A DNA stretch of 64,000 bases from the NCBI GenBank assembly GCA_025594325.1, contig JANHCV010000002.1, positions 1,922,001-1,986,000 on the forward strand. The letters are read 5' to 3'. A program made the translations under genes and the position numbers. The number at the start of each line of letters is the position of its first letter. The first letter of the stretch is position 1. Positions 9,976 through 22,036 of the stretch are shown in pieces. This DNA comes from Blastocladiella emersonii ATCC 22665 (taxonomy: Eukaryota > Fungi > Blastocladiomycota). The notes beneath the pieces were generated by a model that saw only the letters and a program-made list of their open reading frames with translations, did not search any database and was not told the origin of the DNA.

Positions 9976-12900
9976 TCACGAGAACGCCGCGACCTTCTCG
10001 CGCAGCTGGTTGAGGAACTGCGGGAGACTCGGGCCAAACTCGTGGCGGTCCTCGACAAGCATGGCGAGGGTCCACATGCGGAGCGCCGGGTCGCCGTCCT
10101 CCTTGACGACGAAGGCCGTGGGCCACCGCGAGTTGTGGAGGAGCGCGTCGTCGCGGATCTTGGCCACGAGGTTGGCGAGCCGGTCGGCGAACGGGTGGCC
10201 CGTGGCCGGCAGCGACAGCGGGCCCGTCGTCAGGTGGTCGTAGTGGGCAACCCCAAAGAGCGCCTGCAGCATCTGCGGGTCGGCGGCGCGCGACACCCAC
10301 AGGTAGAGGCCGACCGTGTCGTAGACGAGGTACACGCCGTTGCGCTCAAGCCGCTCCGACGTCACGGGCAGCGGGTAGGGCGGCATCACGACGCGGCCCG
10401 ACTTCTCGTCGCGCGTCCCGATGTCGGCCGTCTCGAGGAGCACGCGGTGCAGCGGGTAGAAGACCGGGTGCACGGCGGTGAGCGTCGTGTCAACGGACGC
10501 GACGCGCAGCTGCTCCATGTAGTAGGCGCGGACGTCGGCGGGGATCCCCGGCTGGACGCGCAGGGCCGGGTGCTTGGACAGGGCGAGCGAGAGGAGCGGG
10601 AGCAGCTTGAGGTTTTCGGGGGCAACGAGCTGCGCGGCGTGGGCCGACGAGCCCAGCACGCCCTTGTAGACGCCGAGCAGGTCGACGGCCTTGTTGACGA
10701 TGGCGTCGCGGGCGTCCTCGAACTTGGCCTCGAGCACGCGCTCGACGGCCTTGCGGGCGAGCAGGTTGATGACGGCGCCCGTGTCGACCGAGTGGAGCAG
10801 GTCGCCGAGGTTGGTGGTGACGGGGAGCGCGAGCGTGAGCACGCGGATCCGACGCTCACCCGTCGCCGTCGTGTGCAAGAGCGCCGTCTGGAAGCACACG
10901 ACCGACGACTGGATGTTCTCGTCGATGGCGAGCTCGATGTTGTACGTGTTGTCCGGGTTCACGTTGGGCAGCGCCAGCAGGTCCGTCGACCGCACGAAAA
11001 AGTTGCCGTGGTACACGGCCATGCGCACGCCGCGCGACGCGCGCACGCGGAGCACCGCCTCGAGCGCGAGCGGGCGGCCCAGCACGTGGGCAAACTCGTT
11101 GGCGAACTTGTCGACGTCGTGCTTGCGCGACGCGTGGAACTGCGGGTACAAGTACGTGTTGCCGGCGGTGAAGCGCGGGGCCGCCGCGAGCGTGGCGAGG
11201 TCGAGGTGGCCCTGCGCGAACAGGAACAGGTCGACCGAGACCTGGTTGCGCGAGCAGTCGACGGCAAAAGTCTTGTAGAAGGGGTCGGCGGGCTGCAGGA
11301 GCGACGGGTCGAGCTTGCCCGCGCCGGCGACGCCGGGCTTGTCGGCGTTGGGCCCCTCGCGCGGCTTGAGTGCGCCGGCCTGCGCGTTCGGGATCGACGA
11401 CTGGCACACGACGATCTTGCCGCCGTAGGGGGCCACGAGCTGGTGCGCGGCGAGCAGGGCGGGGCCGAGCGCGTTGCTCACGTTCTGGGTGGTCTGGTGC
11501 AGCGCGGGGAGGCGCTCGAGCAGGGCCTCGATGACGGGCTTGGACTCGGTCAGGTTGACGAGCAGGTCCTCGGGCAGCGGGAGGAACACGTCGTCGAGGT
11601 CCGACACGACGAGCATCTGCGGCTCGGTCAGGGTGGCGCCGAGGTTGTAGAAGTGCAGCGTCGAGTCGACGGTGATGAACCCGACGAGCGTGCGGTTGTC
11701 GGCGTTGGGCAGCTTGTCGAGCGACTCGCGCAGCGTCTGGGCGACCGTGTGCAGCATGCCGGTCTGGACGGCCGTGTAGCTCACGTCGATGACGAAGATG
11801 AAGACGGGCGGCTGCGGCGGGCGCAGCATGTACTCGGAGGGCGCGATGAACTCGACGACGGCGTGGTTGAGCTCGGGCCGCTGCCAGCGGTCAATGTACG
11901 ACTGCGAGGCCACGTCAAAGTCAAACGCCTCGGGCACGTCGTTGGGGAAGTAGCACATGTTGCACTTCCAGCGCTGGCCGCGGTCGAGGAACTGCACGTA
12001 CGGGTTGATGTAGGTGCGGCACCGGCGGCACCGGACGATGGTGGGCGTGTTGATGACGGGGATCTCCGGGTCGCCCTTCTCGGTGTCGGGGGCGCGGAAC
12101 GGCGCAATGTAGAGGGCGAGCGGGACCTTGGACTTGGCGAGCAGCGCGGCCGTCTGCGGGATCACGTTCATGGTGGCGCGCTTGTAGGTGGGCGAGCAGT
12201 TGCTGTGCGGCGACATGGTGCAGGCGGCCTGCGGGCTGAGGCGGATCGCGGGCGGCGCGTTGTGGACCTCGTGCGGGGTGGGCGGGGCGCCGATCAGGGC
12301 CACGGCCGAGTTGTTGACGGGCTGCATGATCGGGGTGCCGACGCCGAGGTGCGAGAAGGAGTTGGCCAGCCCGTCGACGCTGCCGCCCATGGACATGGTC
12401 GACCCGTACGTCGCCTTGGGGTACAGCGGCATGGGCGTGTTGGGCTGCGGCAGCTGCGTGTAGCTCTGGTCGAGCAGCGAGCTCTGCGACCCCATGGACT
12501 GCCCCAGGTCCTGCTGCTGCTGCTGCTGCTGTTGCTGCTGGTAGCCCGGCGGCGGGGCCTGGTTACCCTGCTGCTGGTACGGCGGCGGCAGCATGCCGGG
12601 CCCCGTGTAGGGACTGTTGGGCACGCCGGCGCTCGGCGGGCCGGGCGCGGGCGGCTGCAGCGGCTGCGTGTAGACCTGGCCCATCTGGTCGGGGTACAGG
12701 CGGCGGCGCGTCGACGCGTTGGCGGCCGCACCGCCCGCGGGCGAGCCCGTGGCCGCGGCGGCGTTGGGCGAGGGCGCGCTGCCATTGGGCTGCTGAGCGG
12801 GCGGCTGCGGCGTGGCGGGCATGCCCATGGGCGGCGCAGCGGGGCCGGCGGCGGGTGGCGGGCCAGCGTAGCCAGCAGCGGCCGAAGGAGGTGGGCCAGC

Positions 12901-13323
12901 GGGCGGCGGACCCTGCTGCTGCTGCGGAGGCTGCTGCTGCTGCTGAGGGTAGCCCGCCTGCGTCGGCGGCGGGACGAAGCCGCGCGGGGCGCCCTGCATC
13001 GGCGGCGGGCCCTGCGGCGGCATGCCGGGTGCGGGGCTCGGGTAGCCTACGCCGAGAAGGGATGCGTGCGTGAGTCGGTACATGTTCAATCAGGACTCTA
13101 CAAGCCGGCAAAGCGTACCCTGGGGCGGCTGCTGGCCGGGGTAGTACTGCGGCTGGCCGTACGGCTGCTGCTGCAGTGGCGGCTGCGCAGGGGGCGGCGC
13201 GCCGCCGGGCGGGCGCGGGGCCGTGGTCGGGAGCGACATGGACGGCGCGGGCGCGGCCGGCATGGTGGGCGGGACGCCCGGGACGGCCGCGCCCGGGAAG
13301 CCGGGGCCGTACATGCGATGCAT
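9976..13323 (-). CDS. SEC24: COPII coat subunit Sec24, about 1091 aa; complement join(9976..13046,13119..13323)
   Basis: Pro/Gln-rich N-terminus; zinc finger VRCRRCRTYINPY...WKCNMC; trunk EYMLRPPQPPVFIFVIDVS; LEAVLRVRASRG; gelsolin-like LERNGVYL. Confidence 0.96.
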
Positions 13324-13736
13324 GGTGGTGGTGGCGTTAAGGGTCGGTGTGGCGAACGACGCGTGCTGCTCGAAGAGGGGGCAGACAGGCGACGCGTGCG
13401 CGGAGAGCGGAGAGCGGATCGGCGGCGGGAGGGCGCTCTCGCAGGGCGTGCCGCTGACTCTCGAGCGTGCTGACGCGAGCGGGGAGGGGAGGGCGGGGAA
13501 GGCGGGCGACGGCGACGGCAGCGCCCTCGGCGTGGCGGAGGCGCGGCGGATGGGCGTCGCCCACCCCACGTGGCTGCGGCGTGCGCACCGACGCGACGTG
13601 GCACCGCGTATCTCCGCTGTCTCGCACGTTCGAGTCGGTCGCTTTCAGAGAACCAGCTGGCAACTGCAGAAAATGTATTTTCAGTGACTATCGACGCCGG
13701 ATCGCGTCCACAGACTCTGGTAGGCTCCACGACGCA

Positions 13737-15255
13737 TCACGGCGTCATGTAGTACGCCACCGCGATGATCGCGTACGCCCCGAGCAGCATGGCGCCCTCG
13801 AGCCAGTTGGACGCGCCATCTACGGATGCGAGCGAGAGCGGTCAGCACGGCGGAGGAGACGTGCGAGCTGGCGAGCGTACCCTGAATAATGTAGTTGACC
13901 ACGAGGACCGAGATGAACAGCATCGCCGTGCCGAACGTCTCGAAGAAGAGCGTCATGGGCTGGCTGATGATCCACCCGACCACCACCATGAGCGGCGTCA
14001 CCAGCAGCGCAATCTGCATCGAGCTGCCCACCGCGATCCCGAGCGCCAGGTCCATCTTGTTCTTCATCGCGAACGTCACGGCACTGACGTGCTCGGCCGC
14101 GTTGCCCACGATCCTACACGTTGAGTGTGAGCGGGCGTCTTCGGACCGGCTGCACGGGTGTGAGAAGCGTACGGGAGGAGGACCAGGCCGACAAACGTCT
14201 CGCTGAGGCCCCACTGCGTCGACAGGCCCTCGATCGAGCCGACGAGGTACTCGGAGTTGAGCTACACGGTGCCGCTCGTGAGTGGCAGCCCGGCAAGCGC
14301 AAGATTGGATCAACGTACAGCAACGCAGAGCGTCGACGCGGTCAACAGCGCGACAGCGAACCACAGCGTGAGCACGGGCACCTCCTCCTCCTCGTCTTCG
14401 GTCTCGTCGCCGCCACCGTTGGACGCGCCCTCGGCGCTCGACCCGTCGTACAGGTACGCGTGCGACGACAGCTGGAAGTACAGGTACAGCCCGTAGATGA
14501 CGAGCAGGATCACCGCCGTGAAGTGCGACAGCGACAGCACGCGCTGCGCCACCTCGGCGGGCGCCTCGTCCTTGCTCGCGCTGCCCACAAACGCCGCCGG
14601 CACCAGCAGCGACATGACCGAGATGGACAGCAGCGACGCCGACGTGTTGGCCGCCGTGGCGTTGAACGTCTGCTGCGAGTACTTGACGCCGCCGCACAGG
14701 AAGCAGAACCCGAGCACCAGCAGCAGGTTCGACAGGATCGACCCGAGCAGCGACGACTGCACCACGTGCACGAGCCCGTTCTGCAGCGCGATCACCGACA
14801 CGAGCACCTCGACCAGGTTGCCGAACGTCGCGTTCAGCAGCCCGCCCACCGTCTGGTTCGTGTACAGCGCCAGCTCCTCGGTCGCGAACCCGAGCAGCTT
14901 GGCCAGCGGGATGATGGCCAGGAAGTTGAGCCAGAACGTCGGCACCGCGTCCCACTGCAGCAGGCCGGCCGCCGCGCCAATGGGCACAAACACGAGCAGC
15001 GCGTTCAGCTTGGACATGCGCACCGTGGCCCGGACCGAGCTGGCCAGCGTCGGCGCCGCGTGCGACGGCTGTTCGCCCGCGTGGCGAGGCAGAATCGGAG
15101 TGCGCTCCGTGACCGTGGCTGCTGCTGGGATGCGAGACACGGGAAGCGTTAGATTTGCATCGAGTGCAGCGGGAGCCAACGGGCCGAGCGTGCGAGGAGC
15201 GCCGACCCCTCCCGCTCGTGTCCATTCGATTCATGGGGTGCAGCGGACCTTGCAT
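13737..15255 (-). CDS. VCX1: Vacuolar Ca2+/H+ exchanger (CAX family), multi-exon; first exon uncertain
   Basis: Signature repeats [55 protein letters not shown] and GESNWLEG; acidic loop EDEEEE; stop at 13737-13739. Confidence 0.92.
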
Positions 15256-15794
15256 GTTGCGAATTCGACCTGATCAAGTCCAAAGGGAGAGCGGGCAATT
15301 GCTTCAAGTAGGAAGCTGCTCAAGTTTTCATGGGAGCCGGGGTGCAGCGGCGAACGGGGAGCGAGGAACCTCGCGCCGACCGTTTTTTGAACTCTGCCGT
15401 GTGAGCGCGCGCCACCACCTTGTCACGCCGCCTCGAGCACCACTGCTCCTGACCTGTGGCACCGCACTGCTCTCTCTCTTGACCAGCGGACGCCCGAATC
15501 AAGCGCCCAAGCCCTTCTTGGGGACCCAGCGCCCCTCTTCCTCGCGATCGAAGGGCTCGCATGAAACTTCCATGGTCACATGATTCTGCAACGCGTCTCT
15601 CGCCACGCGTGAGGCAGTCGCGCGCGACGTGACCGGCGCATCACTGGGCCATCAGATGCGTGCAGCTCGTGCTCGAGGTTGAGGACCACATTGACGCGCT
15701 CATGGGCGCCGTAACGCGCCGGTGACTCGGCGAGGTCGAACTTCACCGCTGCAGACAGCTCACTCACGCAAGGTTCCTCCTATTCATCATCGTG

Positions 15795-17126
15795 TTACTC
15801 TTCCTTCTCAATCGGCTTAGAGATCAGGGCTCGGACCGCGCTGCACAGCAGCTCGTCAAACTCGGCCTCGCCCGTTTGGACCATGAGATGCTTGAGGTCG
15901 GCCCAGTTGGGAAGCCCTGCGTCGCGCCAAAACTCGGTCACAGGCGGGTACATGCGCTCGACCGCTTGTGGGATCCCCGCTCCCGTATATTTGAGCTCGA
16001 GCCCCGACCGGCGCCACCACCAGAGGACCCGGTCGCTCCCGTTGGCCGTGGCATCGTCCATGGCCGCCGCCGTGTACTTGAGCGGGAGGCCCGACGTGCG
16101 CCACCACTCGAGGCGCGCGATGATCTGCTCTTCGCGTTGATGCGGGAGGCACACGTCGATGGCGGCCTCGGTATACGTGAGAATCGCAGGCGGGAGGTTG
16201 CGCTTGAGCCACTCGAGGCTCTGGACCGCGTTTTCCTCGCTCGCCGAGTCAAAAAGCGGAGGCTCGTTCTTGAACCTGTCCATGGCCCACGCCGGACGGT
16301 CAAACGGAACAACCTTGGCGATCCAGTCCAAGCTCGCGGTCTGGTTGTGCTTGACGGCGCCGCGGATACAGCTCGACCACCGCACATTGTTCTTGACGCG
16401 GGCTGGCCAGCGACGCAAACAATGCTCAAGCTTCCCAATGTCGCCCTCGCGGCACGCGCGCTCGATCATCTCGGCAACGGCCGCTGGGGAGCCCAACTTG
16501 GCCACAGCGCCGCGGTTTGCACGGCACCAGTCAAGGATGGTCGAGCTGTGGCGCTGCAGAGCGAGGTACTCCACCTCGTCCACGTCAAACCAGTGGCCCG
16601 CGTCGAGGAGCCACTGCAGCACACTCGTTCGCGAGGTTATAGCGATGCGATCGAGGATTTGGCAAGTAATGTTGATTTCGAGTCCCGACACGTGCCACCA
16701 GCGGAGCACGACCATCTGCCCGCTCGCAATGGTTGCTTCGAGCTCGAGACTGCCAAAGTGCACGGGAAGCTTCGATTTGTGAAGGAGCCAGTCCAGGAGC
16801 TTGACTCGACCCGCCGAAAAGGACGGAATCACGTCGGCGCTGGTGAAGTTGAGGTCCGATCGTTTACAGTATCGGGCGTACGCGCGAGCAAGCTGCAGAT
16901 TGCCTGCCCGCAGCGCGCTGGCGAATGGGAAGCCCTCGATCTGCCTGAGCAGTTGAAGTTTGTAGCTGTGCCGCTGCACGACCTTCTGCAGCACCGTGAG
17001 GCCGGGTTTGACGCGGGTGTAGACTTCTGGCCGCTTGGTCCGCCAGTCGGCCATAAATGCAAGGACCAGGACGTGCTCGACGAGCTCGTGGGCAAGCCGC
17101 GGAAGGGGTTGCGCTTTTGCGTTCAT
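15795..17126 (-). CDS. Array A copy 1: F-box-like N-terminus plus ankyrin-like (V/L)LxWW..SGL repeats, 443 aa, intronless
   Basis: LPRLAHELVEHVL at the N-terminus; repeats LEWWRTSGLPLKYT and VLWWWRRSGLELKYT shared with five neighbours. Confidence 0.8.
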   Translation of the reverse strand: MNAKAQPLPRLAHELVEHVLVLAFMADWRTKRPEVYTRVKPGLTVLQKVVQRHSYKLQLLRQIEGFPFASALRAGNLQLARAYARYCKRSDLNFTSADVIPSFSAGRVKLLDWLLHKSKLPVHFGSLELEATIASGQMVVLRWWHVSGLEINITCQILDRIAITSRTSVLQWLLDAGHWFDVDEVEYLALQRHSSTILDWCRANRGAVAKLGSPAAVAEMIERACREGDIGKLEHCLRRWPARVKNNVRWSSCIRGAVKHNQTASLDWIAKVVPFDRPAWAMDRFKNEPPLFDSASEENAVQSLEWLKRNLPPAILTYTEAAIDVCLPHQREEQIIARLEWWRTSGLPLKYTAAAMDDATANGSDRVLWWWRRSGLELKYTGAGIPQAVERMYPPVTEFWRDAGLPNWADLKHLMVQTGEAEFDELLCSAVRALISKPIEKEE

Positions 17127-17459
17127 CTGAGTGCATCAAGTCACTTTCATTGAAGGGTTTGGGAGGCGGAGAGAATGCATGCGTGCTGCGATCGGGTCTT
17201 CGAGGTCCGCCGCATCCCCCGTGGCGCAAGCACGGTCACATGAAATCGAGTCGCGTCTCTCACCGGTTGCGAGACAGTTTTCGCCCTTGCCGCGACAGGC
17301 TGCAGCAATCCTCATGAAATTAATAAAATAGTTTCTTGTGCCCTACTGCTCAACTCCATTCCGCTCGTTGTCGGTGTGCGTGCACGAAGACTGCAACTCA
17401 CTCCCTCCACTGCAACTCACTCATGCCATCACCGGGACGCCACATCAATTGTTTAATGA

Positions 17460-18767
17460 TTACTCCTCGCTCAATTCGTATCGTAAAGACTGAGCAGCCA
17501 CGAAGCACACTTCGCCAAACTCTTCATCGCACATCCGCGCGAAATCCTCCGGTCGCGCCCATCGCGGTAGTCCCGAGTCGCGCCAGAACTCGACGACGGG
17601 AGCATACCGGCGCTGCACAGCGTCCGCGATTCCCGCTCCCGAGTACTTGAGCTCGAGTCCAGAGTCCCGCCACCACGCGAGAACGCGGTCCCACGCGTTA
17701 GCTGTGGCCGCGTCCATGACCGCCGCCGTGTATTTGAGGGGCAACCCGGACTCGAACCACCAGTTTAGTTTCGCAAGGACCTCGTCCTCGAGATGGAATG
17801 AGACATTCGCGTCGAGCGATGCTTCCGTGTACTCGCGCGCAGCGGGCGGAAGCTCGCGCATGATCCAGTCAAGGCTTCCGAGCGCGTTGTGCTTGCTCGC
17901 GACGTCAATGAGATGCAGCGGCGCCCCGTCCTTGCGCGCGATCCAAGCCGGGTCGCTCACGGGGACCACCTTGGTCAGCCAGCCCGAGACCTTGAGCATG
18001 TTGTCCCTGGCAGCGCCGATCATACACGCAGTCCAGTCCAAGGTGACCAGCTTTTCGCGCCAATCGCGCAACCACACGTCGAGAACACGCGTCTGGCCGT
18101 TCCGACACGCGTTTCCCAGCGTCTCCGTGAAATCAAAGGTCGCGATGTCGTTGGCCTCGCACCAGCGAAGCACTCGGACGTTCATGCGCTCGGTTGCAAG
18201 GCGAGCAACGGGACCGAGGTCGCCCCGCAAGCCCGCGCCAATGAACCAGTTCAAGCAGTCAAACATGTCGCACTTGACCACCACGGACAAGGCCTCGTTC
18301 GTAAGCGTGATCTTGAGCCCGGAATGCTTCCAGAAGTTGAGAACACCAAACTGGCGATGAACGATGGCCGCGTTCAGCGCGCGGCCATCGTAGTGAACGG
18401 GCAGTTTTGACTCGGTGAACAGCCACTGAAGCACATCCAGGCGGCCGCCAGCACACGCTGGAATCAGGTTCACGTCGCTGTACTCGAGATCGGCCAGTCT
18501 GCAGTACTTGACGTAACGCTTCATCAGCTCGAGGTCGCACATCTTGAGCGCCTGATCAAAGGTCATGAACAGCAGCTTCCGACGCGTCTCGAGCTTGTAA
18601 CTCCGCTGGTACACGAGCTTGTGCAGGATCGAGAGACCAGGCGCCACGCGGGTGTACGCGTTGGGCGTCGTGGTCGCCAAGTCGGTCAGGAAGGCGAGCG
18701 CAAGAATGTGCTCGATGATCTCGATCGGAAGCTTCAGTTGCATCAACTTCATGGTGGTTTCCTTCAT
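17460..18767 (-). CDS. Array A copy 2, about 435 aa
   Basis: LKLPIEIIEHILALA; same repeat architecture; open frame. Confidence 0.8.
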   Translation of the reverse strand: MKETTMKLMQLKLPIEIIEHILALAFLTDLATTTPNAYTRVAPGLSILHKLVYQRSYKLETRRKLLFMTFDQALKMCDLELMKRYVKYCRLADLEYSDVNLIPACAGGRLDVLQWLFTESKLPVHYDGRALNAAIVHRQFGVLNFWKHSGLKITLTNEALSVVVKCDMFDCLNWFIGAGLRGDLGPVARLATERMNVRVLRWCEANDIATFDFTETLGNACRNGQTRVLDVWLRDWREKLVTLDWTACMIGAARDNMLKVSGWLTKVVPVSDPAWIARKDGAPLHLIDVASKHNALGSLDWIMRELPPAAREYTEASLDANVSFHLEDEVLAKLNWWFESGLPLKYTAAVMDAATANAWDRVLAWWRDSGLELKYSGAGIADAVQRRYAPVVEFWRDSGLPRWARPEDFARMCDEEFGEVCFVAAQSLRYELSEE

Positions 18768-18887
18768 GGTGTATACATGGTTTGGTGGAGCGAGAGAGCA
18801 AGTGGATCAACTGTTCGATCAGGCCGCCAGCAGCAAATTGTCTCCCGCTCGCGATCACAGCCAACATCAAGCACTTCATCACTCACT

Positions 18888-20249
18888 TTATTCTTCCACA
18901 TCGTCGCTGAGCTGATACGCCAGATTCTGCATAGCGAACAGACACGTATCGCTCAACTCCTCGTCGCTCGTGCGGACCATGTCCTCAGGCCTGCCCCAGC
19001 GCGGTAGCCCCGATCCGTTCCAAAACTCGAGGACCCCTGCGCGCCCGCGGTGGACGGCTTCGGCGACGCCGGCACCGCTGTACTTGAGCTCGAGGCCCGA
19101 GTCGCGCCACCACCGCAGCACGCCGTCCCACCCACACGCCGTCGCCTTGTCCATGGCCTCCGCCGTGTACTTAAGAGGCAGGCCCGACTGCTTCCACCAC
19201 TCGAGCCGGGCAATGATAGGGTCGTCGTACGTGTAGCTTTCTGCATCGTCAAGCGACGCCTCCGTGTACTCGAGCGCAGCGGCGGGCAGGTTGGCCACGA
19301 GCCATGCGAGAACCCCGACCGAGTTCTGCTTGCTGGCCACGTCGACCAGGCGGCGCGGGGTCCCGTCGGCCTTGGCCGACCACGCGGGATGGTCGACGGG
19401 GACCACGCTCTTGGCGATCCAGTCGAGCACCTCGACGCGGTCGGAGTTGACAGCGGCCACGATGCCCTCGGACCAGTCCTTGGCGCGCATCTCGGCGGGG
19501 AACTCGCGGACCAGCAGCTGCAGGCACTCGAGGGCGTTGTTGCTGCACGGGTACTGGAGGCTGATGATGGTTGGGTCGAAACTAATCCCGTTGGCCTTGC
19601 ACCACGTGAGGACGTCGAGCTGCTTATGGTCGGCGGCCTTCTGGACGACGGATCCGGCCTTGTGCGCGAGCCCAGCATCGACAAACCACTGGAGCACGTC
19701 GATGCGGCCCCACGCCGCCGGGTTGCCCATGGCATCGTCCGAGCACCGGAACTCGAGTCCCGAGTTGCGCCACCAGTCGAGCACCGCCATCTGGCGCTCG
19801 TGCGAGGCGCGGTCAACGGCGCGCTCCGTGTACTGCATCTCGAGTCCCGAGTCGCGCCACCACTGCAGCACAGCGACCCGGCCATGCGCACTCGCCTCCT
19901 CGAGCACGCGCTCGTCGTAGTTGAGCCGGACCCCCGAGCCCCGCCACCACTCGAGGATGTCGACGCGGCCGTCGCGCGCGGCTAGGGATATGTCAAAGCA
20001 GGAGCAGTTGAGCTGCATCGGGTCGCGGTACCGCACAAGTCCGCGAAGGAGCGGCAGGTTGCGCTTTCCCATCGCCATGGATAGGCTCAGTGGCATCGAG
20101 TGCTTGAAGACGAACGCTCGCAGGCGATGCAGCCCGGGTGCGACGCGCGTGTAGCGCGCAGGGACCGCGGTCCACTTGTCGACCCAGAAGGCCATGATGA
20201 GGATCTGCTCGATGACCTCGAGCGGCAGTCTTGGTAGTGCAAGCTCCAT
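18888..20249 (-). CDS. Array A copy 3, 453 aa
   Basis: LPRLPLEVIEQILIMA; repeated GRVDILEWWRGSG, VLQWWRDSGLEMQYT and VLDWWRNSGLE. Confidence 0.85.
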   Translation of the reverse strand: MELALPRLPLEVIEQILIMAFWVDKWTAVPARYTRVAPGLHRLRAFVFKHSMPLSLSMAMGKRNLPLLRGLVRYRDPMQLNCSCFDISLAARDGRVDILEWWRGSGVRLNYDERVLEEASAHGRVAVLQWWRDSGLEMQYTERAVDRASHERQMAVLDWWRNSGLEFRCSDDAMGNPAAWGRIDVLQWFVDAGLAHKAGSVVQKAADHKQLDVLTWCKANGISFDPTIISLQYPCSNNALECLQLLVREFPAEMRAKDWSEGIVAAVNSDRVEVLDWIAKSVVPVDHPAWSAKADGTPRRLVDVASKQNSVGVLAWLVANLPAAALEYTEASLDDAESYTYDDPIIARLEWWKQSGLPLKYTAEAMDKATACGWDGVLRWWRDSGLELKYSGAGVAEAVHRGRAGVLEFWNGSGLPRWGRPEDMVRTSDEELSDTCLFAMQNLAYQLSDDVEE

Positions 20250-20660
20250 GGTTGCTGAAATTTACATGCGCGAGGCGGTCGAGGGAGAGAGAAAGGGGCA
20301 GCGGGGTTCTTGTACCCGTGAAGCTGTGACGCACCGACTTGTCTCCAGATTTTTGGCTCCGTCGCCGCCACGTGGTTACGCCACAGTGTCTCACAGCATG
20401 TCGCACACCCACCCGACGCGTCGAATGGTGGCGCGAGAGCCGCCACGTACGGCAGGTCAATCAAAACAGTCGAATTATCGCGGGATTCTGCGGCGCGACT
20501 CGCACGGCGCGTGGGGCGCCTCAGATCACTCCAAGGATCACGTCTGAATGCGATCAAACGATTTGATTCGAGCGCAGGCGATGCTCTTCCTCGTTAGCAT
20601 AACTGAAAATGTTTATTAGGTGTGTGTATATTCTCTTTCAATGCTCGCTTCCGCAACAAG

Positions 20661-21855
20661 TCAGGGCTCCAAACCCTCGAGCTCGAGGCCCGAGTTGAAC
20701 CACCACTTGACGACCTTGGACCACCTGCGCGCCGTGACCATGGCCAGCGCGACCGCCGTGTACCTGAGCAGATGCCCCGACTCGCGCCACCAAGTGAGCC
20801 GTTCCAGCACCATGTCCTTTTGATCGTCATCATCGTAGTCTTCGAGCGCCGCCTCCGTGTAGCCGCGCGACTCGCGTGTGAGGTTCTTGCGGATCCACTC
20901 AAGACTCCGGAACGCGTTGCTCTTGCTCGCCGCGTCCATGAGATACTTGGGCGTCCCGTCCTCGTTCTGGGCCCAGATCGCGACGTCGACGGGAAAGAAC
21001 TCGGTCAAGCAGTCCAGGGTCCTGGTGTTGTTCGACTTGACAGCGATGCGGATGAGATTGTCCCAGTTCATGGTGATGAGCTGTTCGGACCGATTCTTCC
21101 ACCAATCCTTGAGCTTGCTGACGTCGCCGACCTCGCACGCGGTTTCCAAGGACGCGTACAGGAGGTCAAGCGGGGCGCCGTGGTCCATGCACCACCGGTA
21201 AACCTTCATGTCCTCGTACCCGGACGCGAGCAGAGCCCATTCCACAATAAGCGCCTTGATTGAGAGCCCGGCGTCGACGAACCAGTCAAACACGTCCGTG
21301 TTGGAGTGCGCGAGCGCAATATACTGCATCCGCTTTGTAATCTTGATCTTGATGGCGGGGTCCGGCCGAAGCTGCTTCACTCGGAGCCACCATTTGAGCA
21401 CATGGAGCCGGTTGAAGAAGATGGCTTCCTCGACGGCACGTTCGCAGTAGAGTATCGGAAGCTCCGACTCGTCGAGTCGGAAGCTCCGACTCGTCGAGGA
21501 GCCAGTCGAGGACGTCCACCCGACCAGCTTCGCATACAGGGATCAGGGACGCGGCGTCGTACTGGAGATCGCACGGCTTGCAGTACGCCTTGTACTCGTG
21601 CAGCAGCAGCAATCTGTGCTCAGAAAGCGCTCGATCAAATGGCATCCACTCAATCTTCCGGCGAAGCTGCGCCTTCAAGCTGCGCTGGCGTACGAGTTTG
21701 CGGGCGACCAGCAGGCCGGGCGCGACCCGCGTGTATGCGTCCACTGAGGTGCCCCGCAGGTCGGACTTGATGGCAAACACGAGGATGCGCTCGATGAGCT
21801 CGCGCGAGAGCCTCGGAAGCGGTCGAGCCGGCTCGTCGTCCATTTGCTTATGCAT
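20661..21855 (-). pseudogene. Array A copy 4, frameshifted by a 22-bp tandem duplication
   Basis: ORFs 21286..21855 and 20661..21401 are in different frames. Removing one copy of TCGGAAGCTCCGACTCGTCGAG restores LLDESELPILYCERAVEEAIFFNRLHVLKWW. Confidence 0.8.
21455..21498. repeat. Perfect 2 x 22-bp tandem duplication
   Basis: 21455-21476 is identical to 21477-21498. Confidence 0.95.
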
Positions 21856-22036
21856 ATATCCAAGCCGGGCAGCTGGGAGGGAGAGAGGGGATTGGTCCGG
21901 CGGCTGGTCGCACTGAAGCCCGCGCTCGCCACACTCCTTCTGACTCGAACGCGCATGGTAACGTCGAAAAATTTATTCATCGCGATACGGAATCACACAT
22001 CGTAGTGCGGAGAATGCATCCGCTGCGCGCGAGAGT

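Noticed and set aside
9967-13473. 1168-aa plus-strand ORF
   Set aside because: Antisense shadow of SEC24 produced by extreme GC3 bias; Arg/Val/Gly-rich with no motifs.
15576-15767. 63-aa GTG ORF downstream of A1
   Set aside because: No ATG, splice support or homology in the window.
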